Shown in pieces: positions 10,079 through 19,165 of a DNA stretch of 64,000 nt. Source of the stretch: a bacterium (GTDB lineage: Bacteria > UBA8248 > JACPRG01 > G963555815); contig CBDHDG010000004.1 of the NCBI GenBank assembly GCA_965261595.1, positions 32,001 to 96,000 of the forward strand, in the 5' to 3' direction. Both the position numbers and the translations under genes were made by a program. Under the pieces are notes generated by a model. The model searched no databases. It saw only the letters and a program-made list of their open reading frames with translations, and was not told the DNA's origin. The first letter of the stretch is position 1. Each line of letters starts with the position of its first letter.

Positions 10079-10772
10079 TGAGTTAAACAGTAACGAGGGG
10101 TCGGTACAGGCCTGTCCGGATTTGATATGGGAAATTCCGGTTATAAGGCGTGGCGGTGAATGTCGGTCATTGTCGATGGCTGCGACGATGGCTTGGTGAA
10201 ACTGGAGTTACTCCCCGCGTCCGCCGCCTAGACGTCGCGGGCGCGTCGCTGACATGCGAAGCGCCTCCAGCCGACTGTACGCACTTGAACTCTCGCCTAG
10301 GATTTCATCATACTGCTCAGTCCAGGTGTCCTGAATCGGAGATCGCCGCGACCTTTGTCCGCAGTTGATAGACGGGCTACTTACCGCTCGGACATGGGAA
10401 CGCGTACCGGCGCTTCTACGGAGAAAAGACAATGAGGGCTATCGCTACCGACGAACTCGCTAACCCCTTATTTGTCCACGACTTCCGATCTGTCTTCCAC
10501 GGGGATAATCCCCAGTACTGTATCGCAAATCGGACGGCAATCACGGATCCCGCCCATGCACCGTCAAGTTGGACGAATCTCCCATCCCCTTCGTCAAGGT
10601 CCATACACGGGCCTAGCCCAGGACCGACAGGCCTTGTAACACTGTCCCGATGGGCTTCGTCGGTGCGGAGATCGCACGGCCCAAACTGTTGGGGCCGCTC
10701 CTGGCTTCTATCTTTGGTTGCCAAGCCAAACCCCTCACCGCCGCCCAGATACCACCTGAATGAGGCCACATA

Positions 10773-11795
10773 ATGAACGATACAGCATATTACTATCCGG
10801 CACCCTACTGGACCCTACGGGAAACTGACTGGATTAAGTCTCTATTGTTGTTTTTCGACGATATTGCCACTTTACTGCCTGACTACATGTATGGTCGCCA
10901 CGTTCATGCAGACCCGGTTCTTGCCGCACCCCTTGAGGAACGTGGTCTACTCCGCGTACTTGAACCAAAAGATTGGCTCGATGAAGAAACGACGAATCAT
11001 CTCGCAAACATTATCGTTAAATTGATCACAAACGGTGCATTCGACGATCTTCCGAAGACAGACTATTTCGCCGAACTGTCCCAATCCCGAATGGGATATG
11101 GCGCCGACGTTAAATTGGCGCAATTCTTGGTCGACGAGCTTCAAACTAAAGGACTGGCCAGACCCAGTGAAGACGGTGTATCCATCCCTCTTCATCCAAC
11201 CGTCCGTACTACTATTCTCGTCATCCTTGCACAGTTGTCACGAAGAGCAGGCCAAAAGCGGGGAATGACAATTCATCCCACAACTGACAATCACGCCGCA
11301 GTGTCGGATCTCATTCAAACGTTATCCATGGAATCGATGCCATCGAGGCAAAATGTAGTCCAATTGGATCTCGAGCCTGTGACTTTCGATCTCTCATCCA
11401 TTCCTCTTGATGATGTTTTGCAGTTTCGTGCGGAACACCAAATTGCCTACCGTTCCTACATGCGCGACCTCCGTCGCTTCATGATTGAACTGGCTGAGGT
11501 CGATGAGCCTAGTGAACGAGAAACCCTGTTACTAGAGCGACGGCAAGAAATTTCGGACGCAGCTCACGACATACAGCGAACGACCCATCGCACACTCCAA
11601 AAGAACTTGTCCTCTTGGTCTCTAGGAATTACTGGCGTTGTGTGGTCATTTTCCACTGGTGATCCGATAGGACTAATTTTGTCTGCAATCGGATTGATTC
11701 CTGGCTTGGTGTCCGGTGGACCAGAAAAGGTTGGTGCGTACTCCTATATTTTTGACATTGGCGGAACCTTCGGTGAGAAATCCGTGCGTTATTAG
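10773..11795 (+). CDS. Hypothetical protein, DUF6236-like, with a C-terminal hydrophobic hairpin
   Basis: 340 aa intact ORF, visibly lower GC than host genes; AYYYP...WIKSLLLFFDDIATLLP start, IPLDDVLQFRAEH...YRSYM motif, hydrophobic tail WSLGITGVVWSF...IGLILSAIGLIPGLV. Confidence 0.7.
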   Translation: MNDTAYYYPAPYWTLRETDWIKSLLLFFDDIATLLPDYMYGRHVHADPVLAAPLEERGLLRVLEPKDWLDEETTNHLANIIVKLITNGAFDDLPKTDYFAELSQSRMGYGADVKLAQFLVDELQTKGLARPSEDGVSIPLHPTVRTTILVILAQLSRRAGQKRGMTIHPTTDNHAAVSDLIQTLSMESMPSRQNVVQLDLEPVTFDLSSIPLDDVLQFRAEHQIAYRSYMRDLRRFMIELAEVDEPSERETLLLERRQEISDAAHDIQRTTHRTLQKNLSSWSLGITGVVWSFSTGDPIGLILSAIGLIPGLVSGGPEKVGAYSYIFDIGGTFGEKSVRY

Positions 11796-12400
11796 AAGCC
11801 CAAGGCCGACATCGGCGTCCAGACCGCGCCGCCACTGCTTGCCCGCAGCAGCCCCAACCCGAATTTCCGTCAAGTCCCGGAGTTGACCATCAACGACAGC
11901 GTAGACAAGCCTGCGTTGTCAGGTTCTCGTGGAAGACACGCTGGAGACAATGCGCAAGCTGCCCGTACACGCCTTGGAGGCTGATCCCCGTCTTACGTTC
12001 AGACGAACCGGGCTTGCGTCGTTCCTGTTCGCGATCGTTCGTCCTCCCCCGCTCTAGGGTTTTGTTGGACACTCGATTGATCCATGATTCATGGAGAAAG
12101 GGGTGTCGCGATGAACGAACAAAAGCAAGAGGGGGCTTTGGCGGAGGGCGCCCGTAGGGCGAACGGAGCCAAGGCCCCAGGGCATCGCAGTGAGCGGGGT
12201 CGGTTCTCCTGCCAGCGCAAGCGGGAGGCGGTCCTGCGTCTTTTGCGGTGCGAGAGCCTGGAGACGCTCTGCCGCGAGTTGGGCACGACAGCGGCTCGGC
12301 TTTCCGCCTGGCGCGAGGCGTTCCTTCGGGGAATTACAAAGAAAGGTTGACATTTCCGCTCTCAATCCCTATATTTCAAGTATTGGAAGGGAGAGCGGAA

Positions 12401-13369
12401 ATGGCGAAAAAAGCACCCGGAAAAGCGCACCGCAAGGGGATCACCATCGTTCAATTGATGGATATGTTTCCGACCGAGAAAGCCGCCACGGCGTGGTTCG
12501 AATCGGTAATCTGGCCGGACGGTCGCCACTGCCCCAAGTGCGGATCGCTCCGCACCAGCGAGGCCAGTCACGCGAAAATGCCCTATTGGTGCACCGATTG
12601 CCGATCCTATTTCAGCGTCAAGACGGGCACGGCCATGCAGCGGTCGAAAATCCCACTCCGGAAGTGGGCCATCGCCATCTATCTCTGTCTGACAAACCTC
12701 AAGTCGGTTTCGTCCATGAAGCTGCAACGCGACATTGGCGTTTCGCAGCCCACGGCTTGGTTCATGCTTCACCGTATCCGGGAAGCATGGGGCGGGGATG
12801 GCGAAGGCCCGTTTGACGGCCCGGTCGAGTTCGACGAAACCTATGTCGGCGGGAAGCGCCAGAACATGTCGAACGCGAAGCGCAAGGCGACGACGGGGAG
12901 CGGACCGGTGGACATGGTGGCGGTCGTGGGCGCGAAGGACCGGGCGACGAACAAGGTCAACGCCCGCGTGATCGAGAGCACCGACAAGGCCACGCTGCAA
13001 GATTTCGTGGCCGAGAACGCCGAGCCGGACGCGGTGGTCTACACCGATGACGCCGCTGCCTACGAGGGCATCCCGAACCCGCACGAAAGCATTAAGCACT
13101 CGGTCTCCGAATACGTCAACGGCATGGCGCACACCAACGGGATCGAGTCCTTCTGGTCGATGCTCAAGCGCGCCCACAAGGGCACCTTCCACAAGATCAG
13201 CCCGAAGCACATGCAACGCTACGTCTCCGAATTTGCTGGCAAACACAACGTCCGCGACTCAGGAACGCTTGCGCAGATGCGGCACACCGTCGCTCGGCTG
13301 GTCGGGCGCAACCTTCTCTACCGCGACCTCATCGCGGACAACGGGCTTTCGTCGGGCTCCGGGGCGTAA
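12401..13369 (+). CDS. IS1595-family transposase
   Basis: WPDGRHCPKCG/CTDC zinc ribbon, VEFDETYVGG, VYTDD, HTNGIESFWS, KHMQRYVSEF. Confidence 0.95.
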   Translation: MAKKAPGKAHRKGITIVQLMDMFPTEKAATAWFESVIWPDGRHCPKCGSLRTSEASHAKMPYWCTDCRSYFSVKTGTAMQRSKIPLRKWAIAIYLCLTNLKSVSSMKLQRDIGVSQPTAWFMLHRIREAWGGDGEGPFDGPVEFDETYVGGKRQNMSNAKRKATTGSGPVDMVAVVGAKDRATNKVNARVIESTDKATLQDFVAENAEPDAVVYTDDAAAYEGIPNPHESIKHSVSEYVNGMAHTNGIESFWSMLKRAHKGTFHKISPKHMQRYVSEFAGKHNVRDSGTLAQMRHTVARLVGRNLLYRDLIADNGLSSGSGA

Positions 13370-13462
13370 CGGTTCCGTGCGGCGGAACAGCGCCTTTGCC
13401 AGCGTCTCCGGAGTCGCGCCCGCCAAGTCCACCCTGGGGTCAAGCTTGGAGCGATACGGCAT
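13259..13462 (-). CDS. Small passenger ORF (67 aa) overlapping the transposase 3' end antisense
   Basis: GGAGG RBS before MPYRSKLDPRVDLAGATPETLAKALFRR. Confidence 0.5.
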   Translation of the reverse strand: MPYRSKLDPRVDLAGATPETLAKALFRRTEPLRPGARRKPVVRDEVAVEKVAPDQPSDGVPHLRKRS

Positions 13463-13481
13463 AGCAGTCGACCTCCACCCG

Positions 13482-13919
13482 TTAGGTAATTTCGTCTTGG
13501 TGCGCGACGAGACAGCGCGCCGCATTTTTCTGGAACCACTGGTGTAGAAGCTGGCCGTTGTACTGATCTCCGATCTGCGCACCAACCACCTTGTCAAACC
13601 TTGCGAGAATTTGCGCTCGCACGGCGATCAACTTGCTCGATGCCATGGTTTCATCGGGGTCGACGTAGCGATTCGCGATTACACAGGCCGTCGTATAATC
13701 CACTTCCAATGAAACCCCCGGTTGGGCGATCTTGGATCGCCTTCTCCGTATTTGACGGTAAACTACCGGCGTGTAGATGGCGAGGATGCCTAATAGCCCG
13801 ACGCCAGCGAGAATGCCCCATCTGTAATCGCCTAACGGGAACATCGGTTCCGTCCAGAATCCGACGCACAATACGACTGTGGAGAAGAACGTTGACACGA
13901 CAGGGCCTCTCCAATCCAT
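13482..13919 (-). CDS. IS1595 passenger gene, membrane protein with two N-terminal hydrophobic segments
   Basis: 145 aa ORF inside the IS1595 IRs. Confidence 0.65.
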   Translation of the reverse strand: MDWRGPVVSTFFSTVVLCVGFWTEPMFPLGDYRWGILAGVGLLGILAIYTPVVYRQIRRRRSKIAQPGVSLEVDYTTACVIANRYVDPDETMASSKLIAVRAQILARFDKVVGAQIGDQYNGQLLHQWFQKNAARCLVAHQDEIT

Positions 13920-14145
13920 CCGTCAAGCATGCGCGCCTCCCGCGCTGGCGTCAACCAATCTTTGTAATTCCCTTCCTTCGCGGGGGCGAGGCGGCGCTCA
14001 AAGCCCGCCCGGCGGATGAGCGGGACGAGGAGAACGCCCGGCTCAAGGCCAAGGTGGGCGAACTCACGATGGAGGGCGAGGTCCTGCGGGAGAAGATCGA
14101 CCGCCTGGAGGCCGGCCGCCCTTTAGCCGGCAGGAGGTGGAGGCG

Positions 14146-15054
14146 ATGAGTCAGGCCCGCTTCACCTCCACGGGCAGAGCCTACGGCCTGAAGCGGGTGT
14201 GCGCCCTTTGGGGCTTGGCGCGCTCCACGGTCTACGCGCAACGGCGGCGAGAGGCGGTCCCCGTTCATGAACGCCCCACGCCCAATAAGCGCGGCCCTGT
14301 GGGCCCGTGCACCGATGCGGAACTCCTCGGTCACATCCGGCAGGTCCTGGAGGACTCTCCCTTCCATGGCGAGGGCTACCGCAAGGTGTGGGCGAGGCTG
14401 CGCTTCGCGGGCATCCGCACCAGCAAGGAGCGGGTGCGTCGCCTGATGCGGGAGGCGGGGCTTCAGGCCCCCCACCGGGTGGGCAAACCCCGAGGTCCCA
14501 AGGCCCACAACGGGACCATCCGCACCGAGCGGCCCGACCGAATGTGGGGCACGGACATGACGACGACGGTGACCACCGAGGAGGGGATGGCCTCGGTGTT
14601 CGTGGCGGTGGATCACTGTTCGGTGGACTGCGTGGGGATCCATGCGGCCAAGAGCGGCAACCGCTTCGAGGCCCTGGAGCCGATCCGGCAGGGGGTCGCC
14701 GAGCGCTTCGCCGGCTTGGAGGCGGACGTCGCCGAGGGGCTTAAAGTTCGTCACGACCACGGCCCCGCCTATCTGTCCGATGACTTTCAGCGGGAGATCG
14801 CCTACCTGGGCATGACCAGTTCGCCCAGCTTCGTGCGGGCGCCCGAGGGAAATGGCTACTGTGAGTGGTTCATCCGCATCTTGAAGGAGAATCTCCTGTG
14901 GGTGCGCTCTTTCGCCACCGTAGAGGAACTGCGGTGGGCGCTGCTTGAGTTCAAGAACCTGTACAACCATCATTGGATTCTCGAGGGCTACGGCTACCGA
15001 ACGCCGGCCCAGGCAAGGCAGGAAAAACTCGCTCAAGTTGCGGAGGCCGCATGA
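14146..15054 (+). CDS. IS3-family transposase OrfB (copy 1)
   Basis: GYRKVWARL, WGTDMT, RHDHGPAY, PEGNGYCE; ATGA overlap with the orfA stop. Confidence 0.92.
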   Translation: MSQARFTSTGRAYGLKRVCALWGLARSTVYAQRRREAVPVHERPTPNKRGPVGPCTDAELLGHIRQVLEDSPFHGEGYRKVWARLRFAGIRTSKERVRRLMREAGLQAPHRVGKPRGPKAHNGTIRTERPDRMWGTDMTTTVTTEEGMASVFVAVDHCSVDCVGIHAAKSGNRFEALEPIRQGVAERFAGLEADVAEGLKVRHDHGPAYLSDDFQREIAYLGMTSSPSFVRAPEGNGYCEWFIRILKENLLWVRSFATVEELRWALLEFKNLYNHHWILEGYGYRTPAQARQEKLAQVAEAA

Positions 15055-15100
15055 GGTCGAATACCCTCACCCGAGTGTCCAATAACCCAGGGGCGGTCCA

Positions 15101-15377
15101 CCTTGCTCGTATGCCTCATTGAGGTCTGGGTCAAACCACATTGCAACAAAACCTTGTTTGGAGTCGACCATAACCTTCTGCAAGTGTTCTACATGAATCC
15201 ATCCCTCATGGGTAATCCTTGCCCGATCTGCCGAAGAATATTCAACGTAGCGCTTATTCTTAAGAAGTGCCACCACGGAAGTTACTTCTCGTCTGTTTTT
15301 CCCGTGAATGGCCGATATGCAGTGTGGGTGAATTGCGTTCACTTCGCTATCATAATGCTGATATTCTTTGGCAATGT
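15101..15377 (-). pseudogene. Fragment 3 of the IS-shattered Zn-ribbon/wHTH/NDT-like gene
   Basis: IAKEYQHYD...ARITHEGWIHVEHLQK...SKQGFVAMWFDPDLNEAYEQG; low GC. Confidence 0.8.
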
Positions 15378-15442
15378 CCCCCGCTCTAGGGTTTTGTTGG
15401 ACACTCGATTGATCCATGATTCATGGAGAAAGGGGTGTCGCG

Positions 15443-15829
15443 ATGAACGAACAAAAGCAAGAGGGGGCTTTGGCGGAGGGCGCCCGCAGGGCGAACGGAG
15501 CCAAGGCCCCAGGGCATCGCAGTGAGCGGGGTCGGTTCTCCTGCCAGCGCAAGCGGGAGGCGGTCCTGCGTCTTTTGCGGGGCGAGAGCCTGGAGACGCT
15601 CTGCCGCGAGTTGGGCACGACAGCGGCTCGGCTTTCCGCCTGGCGCGAGGCGTTCCTTCGCGGGGGCGAGGCGGCGCTCAAAGCCCGCCCGGCGGATGAG
15701 CGGGCCGAGGAGAACGCCCGGCTCAAGGCCAAGGTGGGCGAACTCACGATGGAGGGCGAGGTCCTGCGGGAGAAGATCGACCGCCTGGAGGCCGGCCGCC
15801 CTTTAGCCGGCAGGAGGTGGAGGCGATGA
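15443..15829 (+). CDS. IS3-family transposase OrfA (HTH)
   Basis: RKREAVLRLLRGESLETLCRELG...LSAWREAF plus coiled-coil tail. Confidence 0.9.
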   Translation: MNEQKQEGALAEGARRANGAKAPGHRSERGRFSCQRKREAVLRLLRGESLETLCRELGTTAARLSAWREAFLRGGEAALKARPADERAEENARLKAKVGELTMEGEVLREKIDRLEAGRPLAGRRWRR

Positions 15830-16734
15830 GTCAGGCCCGCTTCACCTCCACGGGCAGAGCCTACGGCCTGAAGCGGGTGTGCGCCCTTTGGGGCTTGGCG
15901 CGCTCCACGGTCTACGCGCAACGGCGGCGAGAGGCGGTCCCCGTTCATGAACGCCCCACGCCCAATAAGCGCGGCCCTGTGGGCCCGTGCACCGATGCGG
16001 AACTCCTCGGCCACATCCGGCAGGTCCTGGAGGACTCTCCCTTCCATGGCGAGGGCTACCGCAAGGTGTGGGCGAGGCTGCGCTTCGCGGGCATCCGCAC
16101 CAGCAAGGAGCGGGTGCGTCGCCTGATGCGGGAGGCGGGGCTTCAGGCCCCCCACCGGGTGGGCAAACCCCGAGGTCCCAAGGCCCACAACGGGACCATC
16201 CGCACCGAGCGGCCCGACCGAATGTGGGGCACGGACATGACGACGACGGTGACCACCGAGGAGGGGGTGGCCTCGGTGTTCGTGGCGGTGGATCACTGCT
16301 CGGTGGACTGCGTGGGGATCCATGCGGCCAAGAGCGGCAACCGCTTCGAGGCCCTGGAGCCGATCCGGCAGGGGGTCGCCGAGCGCTTCGCCGGCTTGGA
16401 GGCGGACGTCGCCGAGGGGCTTAAAGTTCGTCACGACCACGGCCCCGCCTATCTGTCCGATGACTTTCAGCGGGAGATCGCCTACCTGGGCATGACCAGT
16501 TCGCCCAGCTTCGTGCGGGCGCCCGAGGGAAATGGCTACTGTGAGTGGTTTATCCGCATCTTGAAGGAGAATCTCCTGTGGGTGCGCTCTTTCGCCACCG
16601 TAGAGGAACTGCGGTGGGCGCTGCTTGAGTTCAAGAACCTGTACAACCATCATTGGATTCTCGAGGGCTACGGCTACCGAACGCCGGCCCAGGCAAGGCA
16701 GGAAAAACTCGCTCAAGTTGCGGAGGCCGCATGA
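15826..16734 (+). CDS. IS3-family transposase OrfB (copy 2)
   Basis: Integrase-core DDE motifs as in copy 1. Confidence 0.92.
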   Translation: MSQARFTSTGRAYGLKRVCALWGLARSTVYAQRRREAVPVHERPTPNKRGPVGPCTDAELLGHIRQVLEDSPFHGEGYRKVWARLRFAGIRTSKERVRRLMREAGLQAPHRVGKPRGPKAHNGTIRTERPDRMWGTDMTTTVTTEEGVASVFVAVDHCSVDCVGIHAAKSGNRFEALEPIRQGVAERFAGLEADVAEGLKVRHDHGPAYLSDDFQREIAYLGMTSSPSFVRAPEGNGYCEWFIRILKENLLWVRSFATVEELRWALLEFKNLYNHHWILEGYGYRTPAQARQEKLAQVAEAA

Positions 16735-16780
16735 GGTCGAATACCCTCACCCGAGTGTCCAATAACCCAGGGGCGGTCCA

Positions 16781-16960
16781 AATGTGCTTTATTAAACTGT
16801 CCGCCTTCTCCAGAAGCGAAAGCGAGGGAATTGACCGAATTTGTTCTAGAATCTCGGCAGTTAAGGTTGGGGTTAATTCCAAAGAGTTTTGGTCGTAAAT
16901 CCAACCGCTGACCTTATATGGTTCTTCCTCGTTAAAGTCATCCATCACACGGCGGCCAAT
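16781..16960 (-). pseudogene. Fragment 2 of the IS-shattered gene
   Basis: RVMDDFNEEEPYKVSGWIYDQN...IPSLSLLEKADSLIKHI; joins in frame to both neighbouring fragments via the TSDs. Confidence 0.8.
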
Positions 16961-18403
16961 GAGGGTGTCCCGAATTCAGTTGAAGGTTTGAGGCGGCGGT
17001 CCGTGTGTGGTTCACCTTATGCGACCTCCTCTCGGGTGTCAAAGCGGGGCTCGTCCAGAACGGCCTTCAGGATCCACAGGTCCCGGTAGCCGTCCAGGCG
17101 ACGGAAGTTCTTCTCGGTGGCGAGGAAGGCGGAAGCGGCCCACCTTTTCACCATCGCCCCGTCCCGCCAGCGGCCGACGCGCCGGGTGCGCATCCGCACC
17201 CCCGAACAGGGACTCTCGATCAGGTTCGTGCTCACCAGGCAGCGCCGAAGGCCGGGCGGAAGAGCCAAGCGGTTGACGGTGAAGATCTCCTCCAGACCCT
17301 CCAAAAGGCTGGCGGCCGCGTCCGGATGCTCGATCTGAAGCCACCGGGCCTGCTTGCGCAGACGGGCAATCCCCTCCTTCGGCGCCAGCCGCCAGGCCGC
17401 CTTCATCGTCGCCTTCACCGGATCCTTCAACTCCTCGGGCAGGTGGTCCATCACGTTCTTCACCTTGTGGTTGCGGCACCGCTGCACCGGATTGTCGTCC
17501 CCGTACACCCGGTCAATCGCCGCACGAAGCGCCCTCGAGCCGTCGATGACAAAAAGCCGACGCCGCCCGGGCCGCACGCCGCGCTCCACCAACTCCTCAA
17601 GAAGCGCCGTCACGACCGTGGCGTTCTCGGTGGCGCCCGACCTCAGGCCCAGAACGTGCTTTTGGCCCCGTGTGTCCACCCCAACGGCCACGATGACGTG
17701 ATGCGCGCCGAAGCGCAGACCGTCCAGGTAGAGGATGAGGAGGTCGATGTCGTCAAAACGCCGCTCACAAAGACGCCGCAGCTTCGCCTCGGCCGCCTCG
17801 ATGCTCTCCCGGCTCACGGCCGACTTCGACACCCCCACCGTCTCGGCCAGCTCGGGAAGAACGGCCGCGTAGTTCCGCGTCGAGACCCCTCGCATCAGCA
17901 AATCCAGCATCCGCTCCCCCAGCCCGGGGTCGGCCTGCATGGCCGCATACGCCGGCACCTCCACCTCCCCGCCCCGACCCTGGCCCCGGCGGCGAAGCCG
18001 CGGCTTTCTCACCTTCAGCTTGCGCCCCTTCAGGGTCACCCGGCCCCCCTGGCTGCCGTGCCGGCGGACCTCGCCACCCCGCTTGCCTGGATGCGGCGCG
18101 CCCGTCAAGCCCTTGGCCGACAGCAAAAGCACGGCCTCCAGGCCCGCCCGGCCCATGACGTCCATCAGGTCCTCCACCGCCAGTTGGGACTGCTCCACCA
18201 GCGACACCAGAGGAAAAAACGCCTGCCCGTGCTCCGCCACAAAGGCGGCCAACCTTTGGGTCTCTTTCTTCTCGATGATCTGGTAAGCTTCACTCATGGC
18301 GGTTCCTCCTCTTTGAATGTTTGCCAACCCGATTCTAACCGAGTCGGCAGGAGTGAACCGCCACCTCTTTTTCTCAACCTTCAACTATGAATGGGACAGG
18401 CTC
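16961..18403 (-). mobile_element. IS256-family insertion sequence
   Basis: 28-bp imperfect IRs GAGGGTGTCCCGAATTCAGTTGAAGGTT / GAGCCTGTCCCATTCATAGTTGAAGGTT; 8-bp TSD CGGCCAAT at 16953-16960 and 18404-18411. Confidence 0.93.
17017..18297 (-). CDS. IS256-family (Mutator-like) transposase
   Basis: GVSTRNY, LYLDG, FVIDGSRAL, VQRCRNHK, STNLIES. Confidence 0.95.
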   Translation of the reverse strand: MSEAYQIIEKKETQRLAAFVAEHGQAFFPLVSLVEQSQLAVEDLMDVMGRAGLEAVLLLSAKGLTGAPHPGKRGGEVRRHGSQGGRVTLKGRKLKVRKPRLRRRGQGRGGEVEVPAYAAMQADPGLGERMLDLLMRGVSTRNYAAVLPELAETVGVSKSAVSRESIEAAEAKLRRLCERRFDDIDLLILYLDGLRFGAHHVIVAVGVDTRGQKHVLGLRSGATENATVVTALLEELVERGVRPGRRRLFVIDGSRALRAAIDRVYGDDNPVQRCRNHKVKNVMDHLPEELKDPVKATMKAAWRLAPKEGIARLRKQARWLQIEHPDAAASLLEGLEEIFTVNRLALPPGLRRCLVSTNLIESPCSGVRMRTRRVGRWRDGAMVKRWAASAFLATEKNFRRLDGYRDLWILKAVLDEPRFDTREEVA

Positions 18404-18522
18404 CGGCCAATTTCAAACTCTCCACAGCGATCACAGTTGACGTGCCAATGAAAGTCAGAAATTTCCCTTTTCTCTCTTAGATTCGCCCCACAAACAGGGC
18501 AGCGATTCGTAGCCATTTCCAT
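18404..18522 (-). pseudogene. Fragment 1 (N-terminal zinc ribbon) of the IS-shattered gene
   Basis: MEMATNRCPVCGANLREKREISDFHWHVNCDRCGEFEIG. Confidence 0.8.
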
Positions 18523-18538
18523 GTTAATTCCCTTTAAA

Positions 18539-19165
18539 CGGGAATTTCCTATTTCTACTTCCGCCGAGATCCTTCCGGTCCCTTTCGTAGTTCGAAAACA
18601 TTAGACCCCCTCCAATGGGCCTGTCAACGGCTTCTCGAATTCCCCAACTGGGAGCTGATCGACAACTGCCATGGAGAAACGCGGAGTCCCGCCCTCGGTG
18701 ATCCTTCCCGACGGTTCAACGAGTGAGGAAAAATATCCTCCTTCCGCCTACGGGGACTGCTCCGCTCAAGGTCAGACAGGCACAGGCCGCAATCGGTTGA
18801 TCCGATCCAGGATGAGGGCGAACACTTCCCTGGATACAGCAACCTCAACCAACTGAAAGATGATCTGCTGGGTATACCGCACGATCCGGCCCCCGATTTT
18901 ATCAGCTTCACCTGGAGGCTTCGCAGCGACCAGAGCTTGAGCCCCCCCCTCCCGGCGGGCCGGCAATCCCGCATCCGAAGTGATTCTGCCTCCGTCAAAC
19001 TCACGCCTCAGCCGACGGTCAAAACGAACCTTCAATCCCCGCCTTTTTGCTTCACCCATTGGACGCCCCCGCGAGAAGGTGGCAGGGCCATCCCAACACG
19101 CTGATTTTACAAAAGAAAGCGGCTTTCGGTCTGTCTAATCTTATGATCCATATGCGAAATCCAGG
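18539..19165 (-). mobile_element. Internally deleted, non-autonomous IS1380 derivative (copy 2), inverted relative to copy 1
   Basis: Both ends match copy 1; keeps only the tnp N-terminus (MGEAK...ITSDAGL) joined to the C-terminus (WSLRSLQVKLIK...RLRPVPV). Confidence 0.85.
18600..18627 (-). promoter_or_regulatory. Outward-facing promoter in the IS1380 copy 2 right end
   Basis: TTGACA-16 bp-TCTAAT on the minus strand, about 80 bp upstream of the ATG at 18522. Confidence 0.5.

Larger units (their letters stand above)
8460..10140 (+). mobile_element. IS1380-family insertion sequence (copy 1)
   Basis: Imperfect 16-bp terminal IRs CCCGCATTTCCCATTT / ATATGGGAAATTCCGG around a DDE transposase. Confidence 0.85.
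12329..13972 (+). mobile_element. IS1595-family element carrying passenger ORFs
   Basis: 23-bp IRs GGGAATTACAAAGA(AA/TT)GGTTGAC; 8-bp TSD TTCCTTCG at 12321-12328 and 13973-13980. Confidence 0.93.
12111..14149 (+). pseudogene. IS3 orfA split by IS1595 (12111-12328 and 13981-14149)
   Basis: The two halves match the intact orfA of copy 2. Confidence 0.9.
12046..15100 (+). mobile_element. IS3-family element copy 1, with orfA interrupted by IS1595
   Basis: Ends CCCCCGCTCTAGGGTTTTGTTGGACAC / GTGTCCAATAACCCAGGGGCGGTCCA; nearly identical to copy 2; no TSD of 4 bp or more. Confidence 0.92.
15378..16780 (+). mobile_element. IS3-family element copy 2 (intact)
   Basis: Same ends as copy 1; TSD AATGT at 15373-15377 and 16781-16785. 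Confidence 0.95.

Noticed and set aside
12046..16780. Composite transposon or assembly duplication formed by the two IS3 copies
   Set aside because: Copy 2 has its own TSD, the copies differ at several bases, and the enclosed 277 bp is part of the interrupted target gene.
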